Part shown: positions 19,159-28,335 of the stretch, piece by piece
Layout of the letters: each line of letters begins with the position of its first letter
Numbering within the stretch: the first letter of the stretch is position 1
Assembly: GCA_039795165.1 (NCBI GenBank)
Contig: JBDKER010000012.1
Span: forward strand, 50,057-114,056
Direction: 5' to 3'
Length of the DNA stretch: 64,000 nt
Origin: Verrucomicrobiota bacterium
GTDB taxonomy: Bacteria; Verrucomicrobiota; Verrucomicrobiia; Verrucomicrobiales; V1-33
Made by a program: the position numbers and the translations under genes
The notes under the pieces: model-generated
What the model saw: the letters and a program-made list of their open reading frames with translations, nothing else
What the model was told of the DNA's origin: nothing
Database searches by the model: none

Positions 19159-19324
19159 GCGGCTGCGCCGTGGGTTTGGGGGAGGGATCCCCTGCGGGCG
19201 GCGGGCCCTATTCCAGCAGGCTTCGTTGCGCCGCAGTCGAAGGTCTCGACCTTCTCCTTTGTTCCGCCTCGCCTTGCGGAAGAATTCCTCCCCGCGCTAC
19301 CAGTCCGGGTTCTTCAACAGGCTC
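19102..19324. mobile_element. Non-autonomous MITE/REP-like element with imperfect terminal inverted repeats
   Basis: Left end GAGCCTGTTGAAAAACCGGGCCCGGCAGCG versus reverse complement of right end GAGCCTGTTGAAGAACCCGGACTGGTAGCG; flanks CTGG and CTAG; no transposase. Confidence 0.65.
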
Positions 19325-19340
19325 CTAGGGCGGCGGCACC

Positions 19341-19381
19341 TTGTTGCCTCACCGCAACAATCCGTTCATTTTTTCTTGAAC
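19341..19381. promoter_or_regulatory. Two inverted repeats upstream of the MarR gene (candidate operators)
   Basis: TTGTTGC-N6-GCAACAA (19341-19360) and GTTCA-N8-TGAAC (19364-19381). Confidence 0.45.
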
Positions 19382-19412
19382 ATTCCAAAGATTCTGGTTT
19401 TCTGCGTTCTTC

Positions 19413-19931
19413 ATGTCATCCGCAGTGATCAGAGATCGAGAGCCGGGAATGGGTCGGCGCAATGGGCTGACGTCCATTGAGATGGATGTGATTGGGGTAT
19501 TTGTGAATGCGGTGAAGCTTTTGGGGATGCCGCGTTCGGTGGGGGAGATTTATGGGTTGCTGTTCATCACGCCGGAGCCGTTGCCGCTTGATGCGTTGGT
19601 GGCGCGGCTGGGGATCAGCAAGGGGTCGGCGAGTCAGGGATTGAAGGTACTGCGGGGGCTTGGGGCGGTGAAGCAGGTGTATGTGGGGGGGGATCGGCGG
19701 GATCACTATGCGGCGGAGACGGAACTGAAGAAGCTGGTGGCTGGTTTTATCCGGGAGGAGGTGAGTCCGCGGCTGGAGGAGGGAGGGGAGCGGCTGGAGC
19801 AGTTGCGGGCGGCGGCGGATGGGGCGGAGGAAGGGCTGGTGGATTTTTACCGGGCGCGAGTGGGCAAGTTGAGTCAGTGGCATGCGCGGGGTCAGGCGGT
19901 GCTGCCGCTGCTGACGGGGCTGCTGGACTGA
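19413..19931 (+). CDS. GbsR/MarR family transcriptional regulator
   Basis: LGMPRSVGEIYGLL..LGISKGSASQGLKVL..GDRRDHY. Start may be downstream (19449 or 19482). Confidence 0.9.
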   Translation: MSSAVIRDREPGMGRRNGLTSIEMDVIGVFVNAVKLLGMPRSVGEIYGLLFITPEPLPLDALVARLGISKGSASQGLKVLRGLGAVKQVYVGGDRRDHYAAETELKKLVAGFIREEVSPRLEEGGERLEQLRAAADGAEEGLVDFYRARVGKLSQWHARGQAVLPLLTGLLD

Positions 19932-19962
19932 GGTGTGAGCGCGGTGGAATTTACCCGAACCC

Positions 19963-20502
19963 ATGGCAACACAAACACAAACAGACGACCTTCGGTGGCG
20001 CTGCATCCGCGGCAAGCCGAAGGGGGAGCATCTGGCGGCGCAGCATTTGGCGGCCGCCGGGTACGAGGCATTCTGTCCGCGGCTGCGGCATCAGAAGAAG
20101 ACGGTGCGTGGGAAGGTATGGTATGTGGAGGCTTTGTTTCCGGGGTATTTGTTTGCGCGGTTCCGGCCTGAGGCGGTGCGGCATGTGCAGGCGACGCCCT
20201 TTGTTTCGCAGGTACTGACCTTCATGGAGGATTTCGGGGCGGTCGCTGATGCGGTGATCCGGGATTTGCGTGGAGCGGTGGATGAGAAGGACAGCATCAC
20301 GGTGCCGCTGACGATTGAGGCTGGGGAGGTGGTGGAAGTGGTGGAGGGACCGCTGCGTGGGCAGGAGGCGAAGGTGACGCGGGTGCTGCCGGGGGCGCAG
20401 CGGGTGCGGGTGCTGCTGGAGTTCCTTGGGAACCAGCATGAGGTGGAGATGTCGATTCTTTCTGTACTGAACGAGCGAAATCCGCGTGAGGCCGTTTTCT
20501 GA
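19963..20502 (+). CDS. RfaH/NusG-family specialised transcription antiterminator
   Basis: NGN domain (WRCIRGKP..EALFPGYLFARF) plus KOW domain (GEVVEVVEGPLRG..RVRVLLEFLG), at the head of a polysaccharide cluster. Confidence 0.92.
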   Translation: MATQTQTDDLRWRCIRGKPKGEHLAAQHLAAAGYEAFCPRLRHQKKTVRGKVWYVEALFPGYLFARFRPEAVRHVQATPFVSQVLTFMEDFGAVADAVIRDLRGAVDEKDSITVPLTIEAGEVVEVVEGPLRGQEAKVTRVLPGAQRVRVLLEFLGNQHEVEMSILSVLNERNPREAVF

Positions 20503-20678
20503 CGGGCCATGAGCGGAGTCATAGGAACGGCTGTCCCTTAGGGGATGGTGGTTCCGCCCTCTCGAGCAAACTGCGACGGTGATTCTGTGTCTCTGTTGTT
20601 TCTTTTCTTTTTTTCTGCCGTGCGGCTGGAGTGGATGATTCCACTTCTGGCCGGGGGCGGCAGCATGTTTTCGAAGCA

Positions 20679-21872
20679 GTGAAGGAGCGGGTTGATGTAC
20701 TGATTGCCGGCGCTGGATTTTCCGGGCTGGTGCTGGCTGAGCGTTTTGCGGCGCACGGCCTGCGGGTGGCTGTGGTGGAGAGGCGCGGGCACATCGGGGG
20801 GAATGCGTGGGACCGGACCGATGCCAATGGGGTGCTTTATCATGTGTATGGCCCGCACTATTTCCGGACGAACAGCCGGAGGGTCAGGGAGTATCTGAGC
20901 CGGTTCACGGAATGGCAGCGGGTGACGTACCGGATTCAGAGTTGGACGCATGGGCGGTACTGGAGTTTTCCGGTGAATCTGGCGACGTGGGAGCAGCTGC
21001 AGGGGCGGTCGGGGACCGAAGCGGAATTCGCGGAGTGGCTGGATGCCGTACGGATTCCGTGTGACGCACCGGCGAACAGCGAAGAGTTCATCCTTTCCGT
21101 GGCTGGGCCGGAACTGTACGAACGCTTTTTCCGCGGGTACACGCGAAAGCAGTGGGGCCGGGAGCCGCGGGATCTCGATGCATCGGTTTGTGCGCGCATT
21201 CCGATCCGGACGGCGCGGGACGACCGCTACCTGCGGGAGGAATTTCAGGCGCTGCCCTCGGAGGGATACACGCGGATGTTCGAGCGCATGATTGACGCAT
21301 CGCCTGGGCTGCAGGTGCATCTCGACACCGATTTTCTGGAGGCCCGGCGGCATTTCGAGGCGCGGCACACGATCTACACTGGTCCGGTGGATGCGTATTT
21401 CGGATATTCGCATGGACGGCTTCCCTGGCGGTCGCTGCGGTTTGAAGCGGAATCATTCACTGGCGGAGACCTGGAGCGGGCTGGACGGGAAGCGGTGTCC
21501 GGACGGGCTGGTTTCTGGCAGCCGGCCCTGCAGGTGAACTATCCGAACGACCATGAGTTCACGCGGATTGTGGAGATCAAGCATGCGACAGGTCAGGCGA
21601 CGCCGCACACGAACATTGTGAGGGAGTATCCACTGGCCGATGCGCCGGGCCGGGAGCCGTACTATCCGGTCCCTGCGCCTGATGCCCGGGCGCTTTATGC
21701 GCGCTACAAGGCCCTCGCGCAGGGCGAGAGCGGGGTGACCTTCTGCGGACGGCTGGCGACCTATCAGTACTACAACATGGATCAGGTCACCGGGATGGCG
21801 CTGCATGAATTTGACCGGCTGACTTCCGAGGGCGGGCCGTTTGCGGGGCTGCGGGAGCGGACGGGCGGCTAG
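20679..21872 (+). CDS. glf: UDP-galactopyranose mutase
   Basis: GAGFSG, HIGGNA, HVYGPHYF, YTRKQWG, EPYYP, GRLATYQYYNMDQ. GTG start near 20679 (track 20631). Confidence 0.93.
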   Translation: MKERVDVLIAGAGFSGLVLAERFAAHGLRVAVVERRGHIGGNAWDRTDANGVLYHVYGPHYFRTNSRRVREYLSRFTEWQRVTYRIQSWTHGRYWSFPVNLATWEQLQGRSGTEAEFAEWLDAVRIPCDAPANSEEFILSVAGPELYERFFRGYTRKQWGREPRDLDASVCARIPIRTARDDRYLREEFQALPSEGYTRMFERMIDASPGLQVHLDTDFLEARRHFEARHTIYTGPVDAYFGYSHGRLPWRSLRFEAESFTGGDLERAGREAVSGRAGFWQPALQVNYPNDHEFTRIVEIKHATGQATPHTNIVREYPLADAPGREPYYPVPAPDARALYARYKALAQGESGVTFCGRLATYQYYNMDQVTGMALHEFDRLTSEGGPFAGLRERTGG

Positions 21873-21915
21873 CAAATTTCATTATCATTGCAACATCAAC
21901 CCATAATCTACCTTT

Positions 21916-23232
21916 ATGACACCCAAAGAAAAACTGTCGGCCGGCACTGCGGTGATCGGCGTTCTTGGTCTTGGCTATGTAGGGCTGCCGCTGGTGCTGG
22001 GATTTGCGGAGAAGGGAATCCGCGTGATTGGATTCGATGTGGACCAGCGGAAAGTGGACGCGCTCAATGCGGGGACCAGTTACATTCAGCACATCAGTGC
22101 CGGGCGGGTGGCATCGTCGGTGCAGGCGGGCCTGCTGAGTGCGACCTCTGATTTCGCGCGGATACCGGAAGTGGATGTGATCATCATCTGTGTGCCGACG
22201 CCGCTGAACCGTCATCATGAGCCGGACCTGAGCTATGTGCGGGCCACGCGTGACACCATTCTGCCGCATCTGCGGGCTGGGCAACTGGTGTGTCTGGAGA
22301 GCACGACATATCCGGGGACGACCGAGGAAGAATTTCTTGGGCAGATCGAGGGCCGGGGCTTTACGCTGGGGAAGGATTACTTCCTTGTGTTCTCGCCGGA
22401 GCGTGAGGATCCGGGCAATCCTGAGTTTCACGGGACAGGGATTCCGAAGGTGGTGGGCGGGCACACGGCAGCCTGTCTTGAGCAGGGGGTGGCGGTGTAT
22501 GGGGCGATTTACGGAAAGGTGGTGCCGGTGACTTCGACGCGGGTGGCTGAGATGGTGAAGCTGCTGGAGAACATTTTCCGGGCAGTGAACATTGGACTTG
22601 TGAACGAGATGAAGACCGTGGCCGACGCCATGGGCATCGACATCTGGGAAGTGATTGACGCCGCGAAGACCAAGCCGTTTGGGTTTACGGCCTTCTACCC
22701 CGGGCCGGGTCTGGGCGGGCACTGCATTCCGATTGATCCCTTCTATCTCACGTGGAAGGCGCGGGAATTCGGGATTCACACCCGGTTCATTGAGCTGGCT
22801 GGGGAGATCAATGAGGGGATGCCTGGCTATGTGGTGCGGAGGGTAGCGGAGCGGCTTAACCGCGACCGCAAGGCCCTCAACGGCAGCCGGATTCTGGTGA
22901 TGGGGCTCGCGTACAAGGCGAATGTCGATGACATGCGGGAGAGTCCGACCTTCCATCTCTTTGATCTGCTGAAGGCGCAGGGTGCGGAGATTGCGTATCA
23001 CGATCCGCACATTCCGGTGGTCACACCGACGCGGGAGCATGCTGAGTACACTGGAATGAAGAGCATTGCGTGGGACCGGGAGACGGTGGGTTCGTTTGAT
23101 CTGGTGCTGATTTCCACGCATCATGCGGCGGTTGATCTTGAGGAACTGGCGGCGTGGGCCCCGTGCATTGTGGACACGCGCAATGCCATGGCGAAGGTGC
23201 GCACGTCTTCTGGACAGGTGACCAAAGCCTGA
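21916..23232 (+). CDS. wbpA: UDP-N-acetylglucosamine 6-dehydrogenase (WbpA-like)
   Basis: GLGYVGLP, ICVPTP, ESTTYPGTT, SPEREDPGN, KLLENIFR, GGHCIPIDP. Confidence 0.88.
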   Translation: MTPKEKLSAGTAVIGVLGLGYVGLPLVLGFAEKGIRVIGFDVDQRKVDALNAGTSYIQHISAGRVASSVQAGLLSATSDFARIPEVDVIIICVPTPLNRHHEPDLSYVRATRDTILPHLRAGQLVCLESTTYPGTTEEEFLGQIEGRGFTLGKDYFLVFSPEREDPGNPEFHGTGIPKVVGGHTAACLEQGVAVYGAIYGKVVPVTSTRVAEMVKLLENIFRAVNIGLVNEMKTVADAMGIDIWEVIDAAKTKPFGFTAFYPGPGLGGHCIPIDPFYLTWKAREFGIHTRFIELAGEINEGMPGYVVRRVAERLNRDRKALNGSRILVMGLAYKANVDDMRESPTFHLFDLLKAQGAEIAYHDPHIPVVTPTREHAEYTGMKSIAWDRETVGSFDLVLISTHHAAVDLEELAAWAPCIVDTRNAMAKVRTSSGQVTKA

Positions 23233-23247
23233 CACCGTTCCACGGTC

Positions 23248-23967
23248 ATGAAACCCGGAGACTCCGTCGCCTCGATCTATCTGGATGGCACCTATGCGGC
23301 GAAGAATTCGTCGTTTGGTGACGACAATGCGGCGTGGAAGGCTGCCAGTGTGCGCCGGATGCTGGCGGCGCAGGGTTGGTCTGCCGCGCGGGTCTGCGAG
23401 ATTGGCTGCGGCGGGGGTGGGATCCTTGTGGAACTCGCGAAGCATCTTCCGGACACGCAGTTCACTGGGTATGAACCGATGCCTGAGGCATATGCCGTGT
23501 GCCGGACGCGGGCCGGGGGCCGTCTGGAGTTTCTGCATGAATCGCCAGCGGGCAAGGTTCTCGAGAAGCCGTTTGATGTGGCGCTCTGTCTGGATGTTTT
23601 CGAGCATGTGGAGGACTACATGGGATTTCTGCGGAGTCTGCGCGGGCTGGCGCGGCACTTCATTTTCCACATTCCGCTGGATATGAATGCGCAGATGGTT
23701 TTCCGGCTCGAGCCGATCGTGCGGGTGCGGCGCGAGGTGGGTCACCTGCATTATTTCTGCAGGGAGACGGCGCTCGCGACGCTGCGTGACACTGGTTACG
23801 TGGTGGACCGGTGGTTCTATACGGACAGCAGCACGAGTTCGTATGCGAACTGGAAGTTCCGCCTCATGAAGCTGCCGCGGAAGGTATTGTTTGCGTTGGC
23901 TCCGGACTTCACGGTCCGGGTTCTGGGCGGCTATCCTCTCATGGTGGCGGCCACGCCGGGGACGTAA
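23248..23967 (+). CDS. Class I SAM-dependent methyltransferase
   Basis: EIGCGGG motif I; DVFEHVED; GHLHYF. Confidence 0.85.
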   Translation: MKPGDSVASIYLDGTYAAKNSSFGDDNAAWKAASVRRMLAAQGWSAARVCEIGCGGGGILVELAKHLPDTQFTGYEPMPEAYAVCRTRAGGRLEFLHESPAGKVLEKPFDVALCLDVFEHVEDYMGFLRSLRGLARHFIFHIPLDMNAQMVFRLEPIVRVRREVGHLHYFCRETALATLRDTGYVVDRWFYTDSSTSSYANWKFRLMKLPRKVLFALAPDFTVRVLGGYPLMVAATPGT

Positions 23968-23992
23968 CATTCCCTGTAAACTCCTGTAATCC

Positions 23993-24937
23993 GTGAAGAA
24001 GACCGCTGTCATCGGTGCTGGCCCGTGGGGTCGCAATATTGTCAAGACCCTGCATGGCATGGGGGCCCTTCATTCCGTGGTGGAAGCCGACCCAAAGGTC
24101 CGCGGGATGCTTGCCGGGGATTTTCCGGGCGTCACGATTCTTGCTGACTACGGGGAACTCCTTGGCGATGGCACGGTGGGGAGTGTGGCTGTGGCGACCC
24201 CGGCTCCGACGCATCACCGGGTAGCGAAGACCTGTCTGCTGGCTGGCAAGGATGTCTTTGTGGAGAAGCCGATCACGCTGACTGCGGTGGAAGCGGAGGA
24301 TCTCGTGGAGGCTGCGGAGCGGGGGGGGATGATTCTCATGACCGGGCATCTGCTGCTGTACAAGCCGGCCGTGATTTTTCTGAAGGAGTACCTCGCCTCG
24401 GGGCAGCTTGGCCGGGTCTTCACCTTTCATCAGGAACGGATGAAGCATGGCAAGGCGAGGGCGGTGGAGAATGCGCTGTGGAGTCTGGGGGTTCATGATG
24501 TGGCGGCCCTGCTGCATCTGGCGGGGTCGGCGGTGACGGGCGTGAGTTTCAGTGGTCACTGTGGATTGCAGGCTGGGATCGAAGACGACACCTATCTGCA
24601 TCTGAGCTTTGCGGATGGGGCGGTGGCGCATCTGCATAATTCGTGGCTGTGGCCGGAGGACCGGCGGGGGCTGCGGATCATCGGGGAGCGCGGGATGCTT
24701 AGTTATGATGAGAAGAGCGAGAGCGTGACGCTGGTGCGGAAGACGATCGACCGGACCCTGTCGAATGTGGATGGCGGCACGGAAGTGCTCTTTACGGCTC
24801 CGGCTGGGCATCAGGCGCTCGAGGCGGAACTGAGGCATTTTCTGGAATGTGTGGAGAGCCGGGGCGTGCCGCGGTCGTGCGGGAGGAACGGGTTGGAAGT
24901 GGTGAGGATTCTTGAGCGGGCGGGCGGGGGCCGATGA
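23993..24937 (+). CDS. Gfo/Idh/MocA oxidoreductase, probable UDP-GlcNAcA 3-dehydrogenase (WbpB/WlbA-like)
   Basis: IGAGPWG, ATPAPTH, VEKP, HD motif; context with wbpA/D/E-like genes. Confidence 0.8.
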   Translation: MKKTAVIGAGPWGRNIVKTLHGMGALHSVVEADPKVRGMLAGDFPGVTILADYGELLGDGTVGSVAVATPAPTHHRVAKTCLLAGKDVFVEKPITLTAVEAEDLVEAAERGGMILMTGHLLLYKPAVIFLKEYLASGQLGRVFTFHQERMKHGKARAVENALWSLGVHDVAALLHLAGSAVTGVSFSGHCGLQAGIEDDTYLHLSFADGAVAHLHNSWLWPEDRRGLRIIGERGMLSYDEKSESVTLVRKTIDRTLSNVDGGTEVLFTAPAGHQALEAELRHFLECVESRGVPRSCGRNGLEVVRILERAGGGR

Positions 24938-25992
24938 ATTCCGCACTGCGGAGGCCGGTGCTGCGGAGTCTTGAGGCGCTGCGGGGCATCGCGGCGCTGG
25001 GAGTGGTCATTCATCATGCCTTTGGCATGGCCAGTCTGCCGTGGCATTATGGCCGGACGTTTCTGGGCAATGTGTCCTTGGCTGGGCAGCTGGGGGTGGA
25101 TGTATTCTTTGTGCTGAGTGGGTTTCTGATGGCGTGGACCAATCCGCGGGAGGGATGCGGCGGCGGGGAGATCTGGAAGTATGCGGTGCGGCGCTTCTGC
25201 CGGATCTATCCTTTTTACTGGGTGGTCTGTGCGCTGTATTTCCCGGCGCATTATCTGCTGAGGAAAGCGAATGGGATGGAAGGATTTGGCTGGGGGGAGG
25301 CGGCGAGCAGTCTGCTGCTGCTGCCGCGGGAGGGTGATCCGCTGCTGGGGGTGGCGTGGACGCTGCGTTTTGAAGTGATGTTCTATCTTCTGTTCATTCC
25401 GTTTCTGGTGCAGCGGAGGCTGGGCTGGGCCGTGTGGATTGTGCTGGGGCTGCTGGCGATCGGGTCGGCATGGAGTGGAGCGGTGCTGCGGTCGCCATGG
25501 CTGCAGCAGATGCTGTCGCTGCGTTCGCTTGAATTTCTGGCTGGGGTGGGTGTGGCGGTCCTTGTGGAGAGGGGATGGTTTCGTGGCCGGACGCGCTGGG
25601 TTCTGGCGGGTGGGATGCTGCTGCTGGCGGCGGGAGGCTGGCTGGAAGTCCGTCATGGGGCGGCGGCGGGTTCGTGGCGCTGGCTGCTTCATGGATTGGC
25701 GGCGGCACTGGTAGTGGCTGGGCTGGTGGGGTGGGAGCAGCAGGGTCTGGCGGTGCCGGGATGGCTGGGGTTGCTGGGGTCGTGTTCGTATGGGGTCTAC
25801 CTGGTGCACATGCCTGTGCAGGAATGGCTGTTCATGAATGCGGGGCACTGGCCGGGGCGCGCGGCGGAGTGGGCGCTGCCGGTGACAGTGGTGGTGGGTT
25901 TGCTTTCGCTCGCTGCCGGGGTGGTGGCGAGTCTGCTGGTGGAGAAGCCGCTGCTCAGATGGTGCCGGCGGGTGATGGAGTCGAGGTCATGA
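24934..25992 (+). CDS. Acyltransferase-3 family membrane O-acyltransferase
   Basis: LEALRGIAALGVVIHH, GVDVFFVLSGF, RRFCRIYP, WTLRFEVMFY, SYGVYLVH. Confidence 0.92.
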   Translation: MNSALRRPVLRSLEALRGIAALGVVIHHAFGMASLPWHYGRTFLGNVSLAGQLGVDVFFVLSGFLMAWTNPREGCGGGEIWKYAVRRFCRIYPFYWVVCALYFPAHYLLRKANGMEGFGWGEAASSLLLLPREGDPLLGVAWTLRFEVMFYLLFIPFLVQRRLGWAVWIVLGLLAIGSAWSGAVLRSPWLQQMLSLRSLEFLAGVGVAVLVERGWFRGRTRWVLAGGMLLLAAGGWLEVRHGAAAGSWRWLLHGLAAALVVAGLVGWEQQGLAVPGWLGLLGSCSYGVYLVHMPVQEWLFMNAGHWPGRAAEWALPVTVVVGLLSLAAGVVASLLVEKPLLRWCRRVMESRS

Positions 25993-27626
25993 AGTCACTG
26001 CCGCCATGGATGCTGCTGGCAGCAGTTGCCGTGTTGAGTGCCGTGGTTTTCGCCCGGTTTCCGCGGAATGAGATCGATGTCGAATTCTATCCCTGCTTTG
26101 CGGAGTCGGTCGCTGGTGGCTGGCGCTGTCTGATTTCCATGGATCGTCTGCAGCATCCTGATGCGGTGATGGCGTACGGCAGCTGGCCGCCGGGATATGC
26201 CTTCGGGCTGGGGCTGCTGGGGAAGGCCGGGCTTTCCTATGCGCTGGCGGTGCAGTTCTGGAATGCGTTGATTCTGCTCGCGGGCGGATGGTTCATGCAT
26301 GGTCTCTGCCGGCGGCTGGGCTGGGAACACGGCTGGCCGGCCGTTGGTTTTGTGCTGCTGAGTCCGGCTTCGTGGCTGACGGGGACGATGGCCTTTCCTC
26401 ACATTTTCACGGTGGCTGTGATGACGGGAATGCTGTGGTCGGCATCCTGTGTGCTGAGCGGGCCGTGGACCCGTCGGGCGGCGCTCGGCTGGGGACTGGG
26501 TGCTGGGCTGGCGGGGGCGTGGTGTCACTGGGTGGCATTTTTCGTGATGCCGGCGCTGCTGATTTCGTGGGGACTCGTGGGTGGCTGGCGTGGACCGTGG
26601 CCGCTCGGGCTGCGCTGGTGGCTGGCCGGCTGTGCGGCGGGCCTTGCGGCCGGCTTGCTGGTGCTGCTGGGGCTGCAGCTCTGGGTGCTGCGGGATCCGG
26701 CGGTCCTGACGGTGCCTGGTGCGGGGTTAGTGGACCGGATCCGGCTGCGGGTGCTGCCCGGGATCCGGGGAATGGCGGGCTCCCTGTTCTTCGGGGTTGT
26801 GCGGTTTCTGGTGGCGGGCGGGCTGGTGGTGGTCCCGCTGGCGTGGTGGCTGCGCGGGAGGGTGCGGGAGAGGATGTCGCGCGGGCAGGCCGTGGCGCTG
26901 CTGGCGCTGCTGCTGACAGCTGTGGGTTTCTCGGTGGGGCTCAGTGGGGAGACCGGGGTACCGACGCATATTTTCCATGGGCGGCTCTTTGTGCCATTTC
27001 TCGCGCTGGCCTTTCTGGCTGTCTGGATGGCGGGTGGAAGGGTTCTGCGGACCGGCATGGCGTCGGGTGTGGCGATGCTGACCGGGCTGGCCGTGGCCGG
27101 GGAAGACTTGCTGCCTGACCGCATGGTGACGAGTCCCCTGCTGGACCGTCTCGAGCCTGGGTTTCAGGGTCCGGTGGAAGAGGTGGCGGATTTGCCGGTG
27201 ACCAGTGAGGTTTCCGGGTCCTCGCTGGTGAGGACCGTGGTCAAGCAGGCTGTCGCCCTGTCTCTTCCGGAACTGGCGGCACGGGGCATTGAGAACCGGG
27301 GGAAGACGCATGCATGGCTGCAGGATCACCGGGATTTTCTGCAGTCGGCGACCACTTCCGGAGACATCCTGGTTGGTTGGCATGCCATGAGTGTGACGGC
27401 ACCGTGGGAACTGGACCGGTGTGTCACTGGGGCGGCTGATTCCGGGCAGTTGAGGCCGCTGGTGGCTGGGCTGCGGGACCGGTTGCCGGCCGGCCGGGTG
27501 GTCGTGGCGGTGCCGGCAGGGTTTCCTGCGGCCACGGTAGGCTTGCATCTGGGCTTGCCCGCCGACGCCCTTGCGGAGGCTGGATCCTCCTCGGATCTGC
27601 GGTTGTTTCGAATCATTGGTCCCTGA
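25989..27626 (+). CDS. Polytopic membrane protein, possibly a GT-C/ArnT-like transferase
   Basis: ATGA overlap at 25989; many hydrophobic segments, an early acidic loop (EIDVE) and YGSWPPGY; soluble C-terminal part. Function is inferred. Confidence 0.6.
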   Translation: MKSLPPWMLLAAVAVLSAVVFARFPRNEIDVEFYPCFAESVAGGWRCLISMDRLQHPDAVMAYGSWPPGYAFGLGLLGKAGLSYALAVQFWNALILLAGGWFMHGLCRRLGWEHGWPAVGFVLLSPASWLTGTMAFPHIFTVAVMTGMLWSASCVLSGPWTRRAALGWGLGAGLAGAWCHWVAFFVMPALLISWGLVGGWRGPWPLGLRWWLAGCAAGLAAGLLVLLGLQLWVLRDPAVLTVPGAGLVDRIRLRVLPGIRGMAGSLFFGVVRFLVAGGLVVVPLAWWLRGRVRERMSRGQAVALLALLLTAVGFSVGLSGETGVPTHIFHGRLFVPFLALAFLAVWMAGGRVLRTGMASGVAMLTGLAVAGEDLLPDRMVTSPLLDRLEPGFQGPVEEVADLPVTSEVSGSSLVRTVVKQAVALSLPELAARGIENRGKTHAWLQDHRDFLQSATTSGDILVGWHAMSVTAPWELDRCVTGAADSGQLRPLVAGLRDRLPAGRVVVAVPAGFPAATVGLHLGLPADALAEAGSSSDLRLFRIIGP

Positions 27627-27639
27627 ATTTCTCTGAGCC

Positions 27640-28290
27640 ATGCCGTACTATGCCCATCCCACAGCCGTCATCGATGCTCCGGTCACCATTGGCGAGGGGA
27701 CGAAGATCTGGCATTTTGCGCACATCTGTCCTGGAGCCCGCATTGGGGAGAACTGCATCTTTGGTCAGAACACGATGGTGGCGAACGACGTCGTGATTGG
27801 TTCCAATGTGAAGGTGCAGAACAATGTGGCCATCTACACCGGGACCGTGGTGGAGGACGACGTCTTTCTCGGGCCGTCGTGTGTGCTGACCAATGTCACC
27901 AACCCGAGGAGTCAGGTGAAGCGGCATAGCCTTTATGAACGGACCCTGATCCGGCGGGGAACGACCGTGGGAGCGAATGCGACCATTGTTTGCGGGATCA
28001 CCCTAGGGCGGTACAGCTTTGTGGCGGCCGGGGCGGTGGTGGCCAAGGACGTGCCCGACTATGGTTTCGTGATGGGAGTGCCAGGGCGGCTGAGTGGATG
28101 GATGAGCCGGCATGGGCACCGGCTGCAGTTCGGGGCGGACGGGCAGGCCCGCTGTCCGGAATCGGGATTTGTCTATGAACTGCGGGACGGGGTGGTGCGG
28201 TGTCTTACCCTTGGGGAAGACGATCCCCTGCCCCCCGAGCTTGCGGCCGGAACACTTTCATACGACGAATTCAAGTCGCCGGCGCGCTGA
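27640..28290 (+). CDS. wbpD: Hexapeptide-repeat N-acetyltransferase (WbpD/WlbB-like)
   Basis: IGEGTKIWHF, VKVQNNV, FLGPSCVLTNVTNPRS, GANATIVCG. Confidence 0.88.
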   Translation: MPYYAHPTAVIDAPVTIGEGTKIWHFAHICPGARIGENCIFGQNTMVANDVVIGSNVKVQNNVAIYTGTVVEDDVFLGPSCVLTNVTNPRSQVKRHSLYERTLIRRGTTVGANATIVCGITLGRYSFVAAGAVVAKDVPDYGFVMGVPGRLSGWMSRHGHRLQFGADGQARCPESGFVYELRDGVVRCLTLGEDDPLPPELAAGTLSYDEFKSPAR

Positions 28291-28335
28291 CTGGCCCTTC
28301 CTTCCCTGTAAAACATCCCTGACCATTCCACTGCC

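Noticed and set aside
21787..24060. 757-aa minus-strand ORF and many similar long antisense ORFs (e.g. 28744-30282, 31684-32988, 6138-7742, 8184-9689)
   Set aside because: Shadows of well-supported opposite-strand genes. They are Arg/Pro/His-rich or otherwise low-complexity, have no motifs, and are expected in high-GC DNA.
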